In this document: positions 62,077-64,000 of the stretch, piece by piece
How the letters are laid out: each line of letters begins with the position of its first letter
How positions within the stretch are numbered: position 1 is the stretch's first letter
NCBI GenBank assembly: GCA_951406725.2
Contig: OX597826.1
Span: 83,948,001 to 84,012,000, forward strand
From: Octopus vulgaris
Taxonomy: Eukaryota
Direction: 5' to 3'
Length of the DNA: 64,000 nucleotides
Position numbers and translations under genes: made by a program
The notes under the pieces: model-generated
What the model saw: only the letters and a program-made list of their open reading frames with translations
What the model was told of the DNA's origin: nothing
The model's database searches: none

Positions 62077-63227
62077 CATTTGATGTCCATGTTACTCGCT
62101 GGTATGGATTTGACAGGCCTGTCTACTTAGGTACAGTTTCTACAACTTGATGCCCTTCCTAATGTCAACCATTTTACAGTGTGTATTGGGTGTTTGTTTC
62201 ATGGCACCAGCAGAAGTGAGGTTGTCATGAAGCTTGTGAAATTACAAACCCTGAGAGAGGCAGCATTATGCTACAAAATGCAGGTTAGATTATGATGGAA
62301 GGATTGAGAACAAGTTTCTTGCTATAAAGTGGCTACTCACATTTTAAAAGAGGTTTGGAGTGACCAGGGTTGAGCTAGGAAGAGTTGAAATAGTGGTGAT
62401 GAAGTGGTGTCCGTATGAACCTTCAAGATATAAGGTAAATGAAGTAAATAAGAGCAGAAGTAGAAGTATGGTTGGGTGGAGGCTGCAAGAGTTTGTGGAA
62501 GAGTGAGAGATGGGGAGTGGGTGAGAGGGGTGAATATAATGAATGAAGAACAAGAGTTAAGGGGATGATGACTGGCGGCAGTAGGGGAGAGTAGGTGAAA
62601 CCTTTAGAGGCTGGAGGGGATTGAAAGATGGAGGTAGCGAATGGCAAATAAGGGATTGGGGATGACCGACGATGCAGGATGGGGGTGAAGAGTACCAGAA
62701 CAGTTATGAGGATACTTAGGATGGGGTTAAAGGAGGGGATGAGAGAAAGAGATGACAAATGGCTGGGTAGATGGCAAAAATAGGAGGGAAGGGAAGAGAT
62801 GCTGGCAAAGTTCATGGGAAGAGCAAGAAGCATATTGATGGTGAGGAAGGTGAGACAATTTGGTGTGAATGTGGGTGGAGAGAACAGAATTTAGGAAGAG
62901 AGTGATGTACATCAAGTAAAATAGCTTCAGCTTGTGTGAAGACTAATGGTATCAAGGAAAAGCTGCAGTGAGAGAGATGATGGCTATCTTGAGAGGACAT
63001 TGGGCCAAGGACCCAGTTGTGCATATATATTACCATCATCATCACTGAGCATCTGTTTTCCATGCTGGCACAGGTTGGACGGTGTGACAGGAGTTGGCAA
63101 GCCAGAAAGCTACACCAGACTTAGATTGTCTGTTTTGGCTTGGTTTCTGCAGCTGGATGCCATTCCTAATGTCAACTGCTGCCATAGTGTCCTGGGTGCT
63201 TTATACTCTGTTGTGCAAAGACACTGA

Positions 63228-63425
63228 CATTACACTTTCAGCAAAGCATACAAGCTTCATTTCTTACAAGCCTACGCATCTCCTCAGCAGTCACAACCCA
63301 TGTTTTACAGCTATGTAGCAAGGCTGTTTGCACACAAGCATCATACAGTCTGCCTTTCACTCTTTCTAAGGAAACATGTACATAACTTCTTGCATCACAT
63401 GCAGTTCTCTGGATATGACCAGAAA
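63228..63425 (-). pseudogene. RTE ORF relic
   Basis: RVKGRLYDACVQTALLHSCKTWVVTAEEMRRLVRNEACML matches the RTE protein at 10360-10490. Confidence 0.85.
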
Positions 63426-64000
63426 TATATATTGTACATACATATTGTACAATATACAATGTCTCTTCAGATAATAAACATAATAATATGTGTAAATATT
63501 GGGATCAAAACAAATGCCTTTTAAATAACCAATGTCTTAGAAATAATTTTGTATTTAAATGTTCTCTGAAAACACTTGATAATCATATACATACCTTTAA
63601 TAATAAAAGAAAGCTGTTAGCAGTTCACTTGTTAGATTTATCTGAAATCTCAAAGAGAAGAATATTGATTACTCAATTTCATGGCCAATCATATGTACTG
63701 TACTTCCATACAAAGGAGATAGGATCACTGTAATTTATGTTCTGTGGAAGCCCTTGAAATTCTCAGTTGTTAGTCTGGTCTAACTAATAAACAATAAATT
63801 ATCGATCTATTGTTCTTATCAGTTCAGTTGCACTTTCTTAATAACTCAGCTAACTGAATTCTAATAGAGTTAAAGATAGCATTCTTAATCTTTGCATTAT
63901 TTTGTATCATTTAAATTGTCCTCCTTTACATTTTAATTCTTCTTGCTTATTTTTTTTCCTATATAAGTAATCATTTATTTTTTAATTAATGATTTTATAT

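Noticed and set aside
62420-62990. Purine-rich block faintly like the Penelope-like N-terminus (CTAAAGGTTTC)
   Set aside because: Similarity is limited to short words in low-complexity sequence.

Overview
Repeat-saturated eukaryotic genomic DNA with no supportable host protein-coding gene; nearly all ORF-track entries of the YIYIYI type are translations of microsatellites. The SINE/LINE complement and (TA)n load suggest an animal, probably an octopus/cephalopod (inference). The core (about 9.4-27.8 kb) is a giant (TA)n field holding three retrotransposons: a 5'-truncated RTE LINE with a C4HC3 PHD finger inserted at the end of its RT domain, a near-complete Neptune-type Penelope-like element (RT + GIY-YIG, two pseudo-LTRs) and a 5'-truncated CR1-like LINE. 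A (TAA)n field near 34.4-36.5 kb holds a Dong/R4-type restriction-like-endonuclease LINE fragment and SINEs. Also present: hAT and piggyBac-type MITEs, a Tc1 relic, a 326-bp palindrome, a foldback element with telomere-like repeats and a 28S rRNA fragment. The most striking signal is non-coding: six intact or near-intact type-I hammerhead ribozyme motifs from five unrelated sequence families (18714, 23210, 30541, 53239, 59513, 61023) plus several decayed or truncated ones, all with a palindromic or near-palindromic stem III. One family fuses a tRNA-like Pol III head to the hammerhead. One stretch (15.8-16.8 kb) looks like an assembly consensus chimera. All folds and alignments were done by eye.
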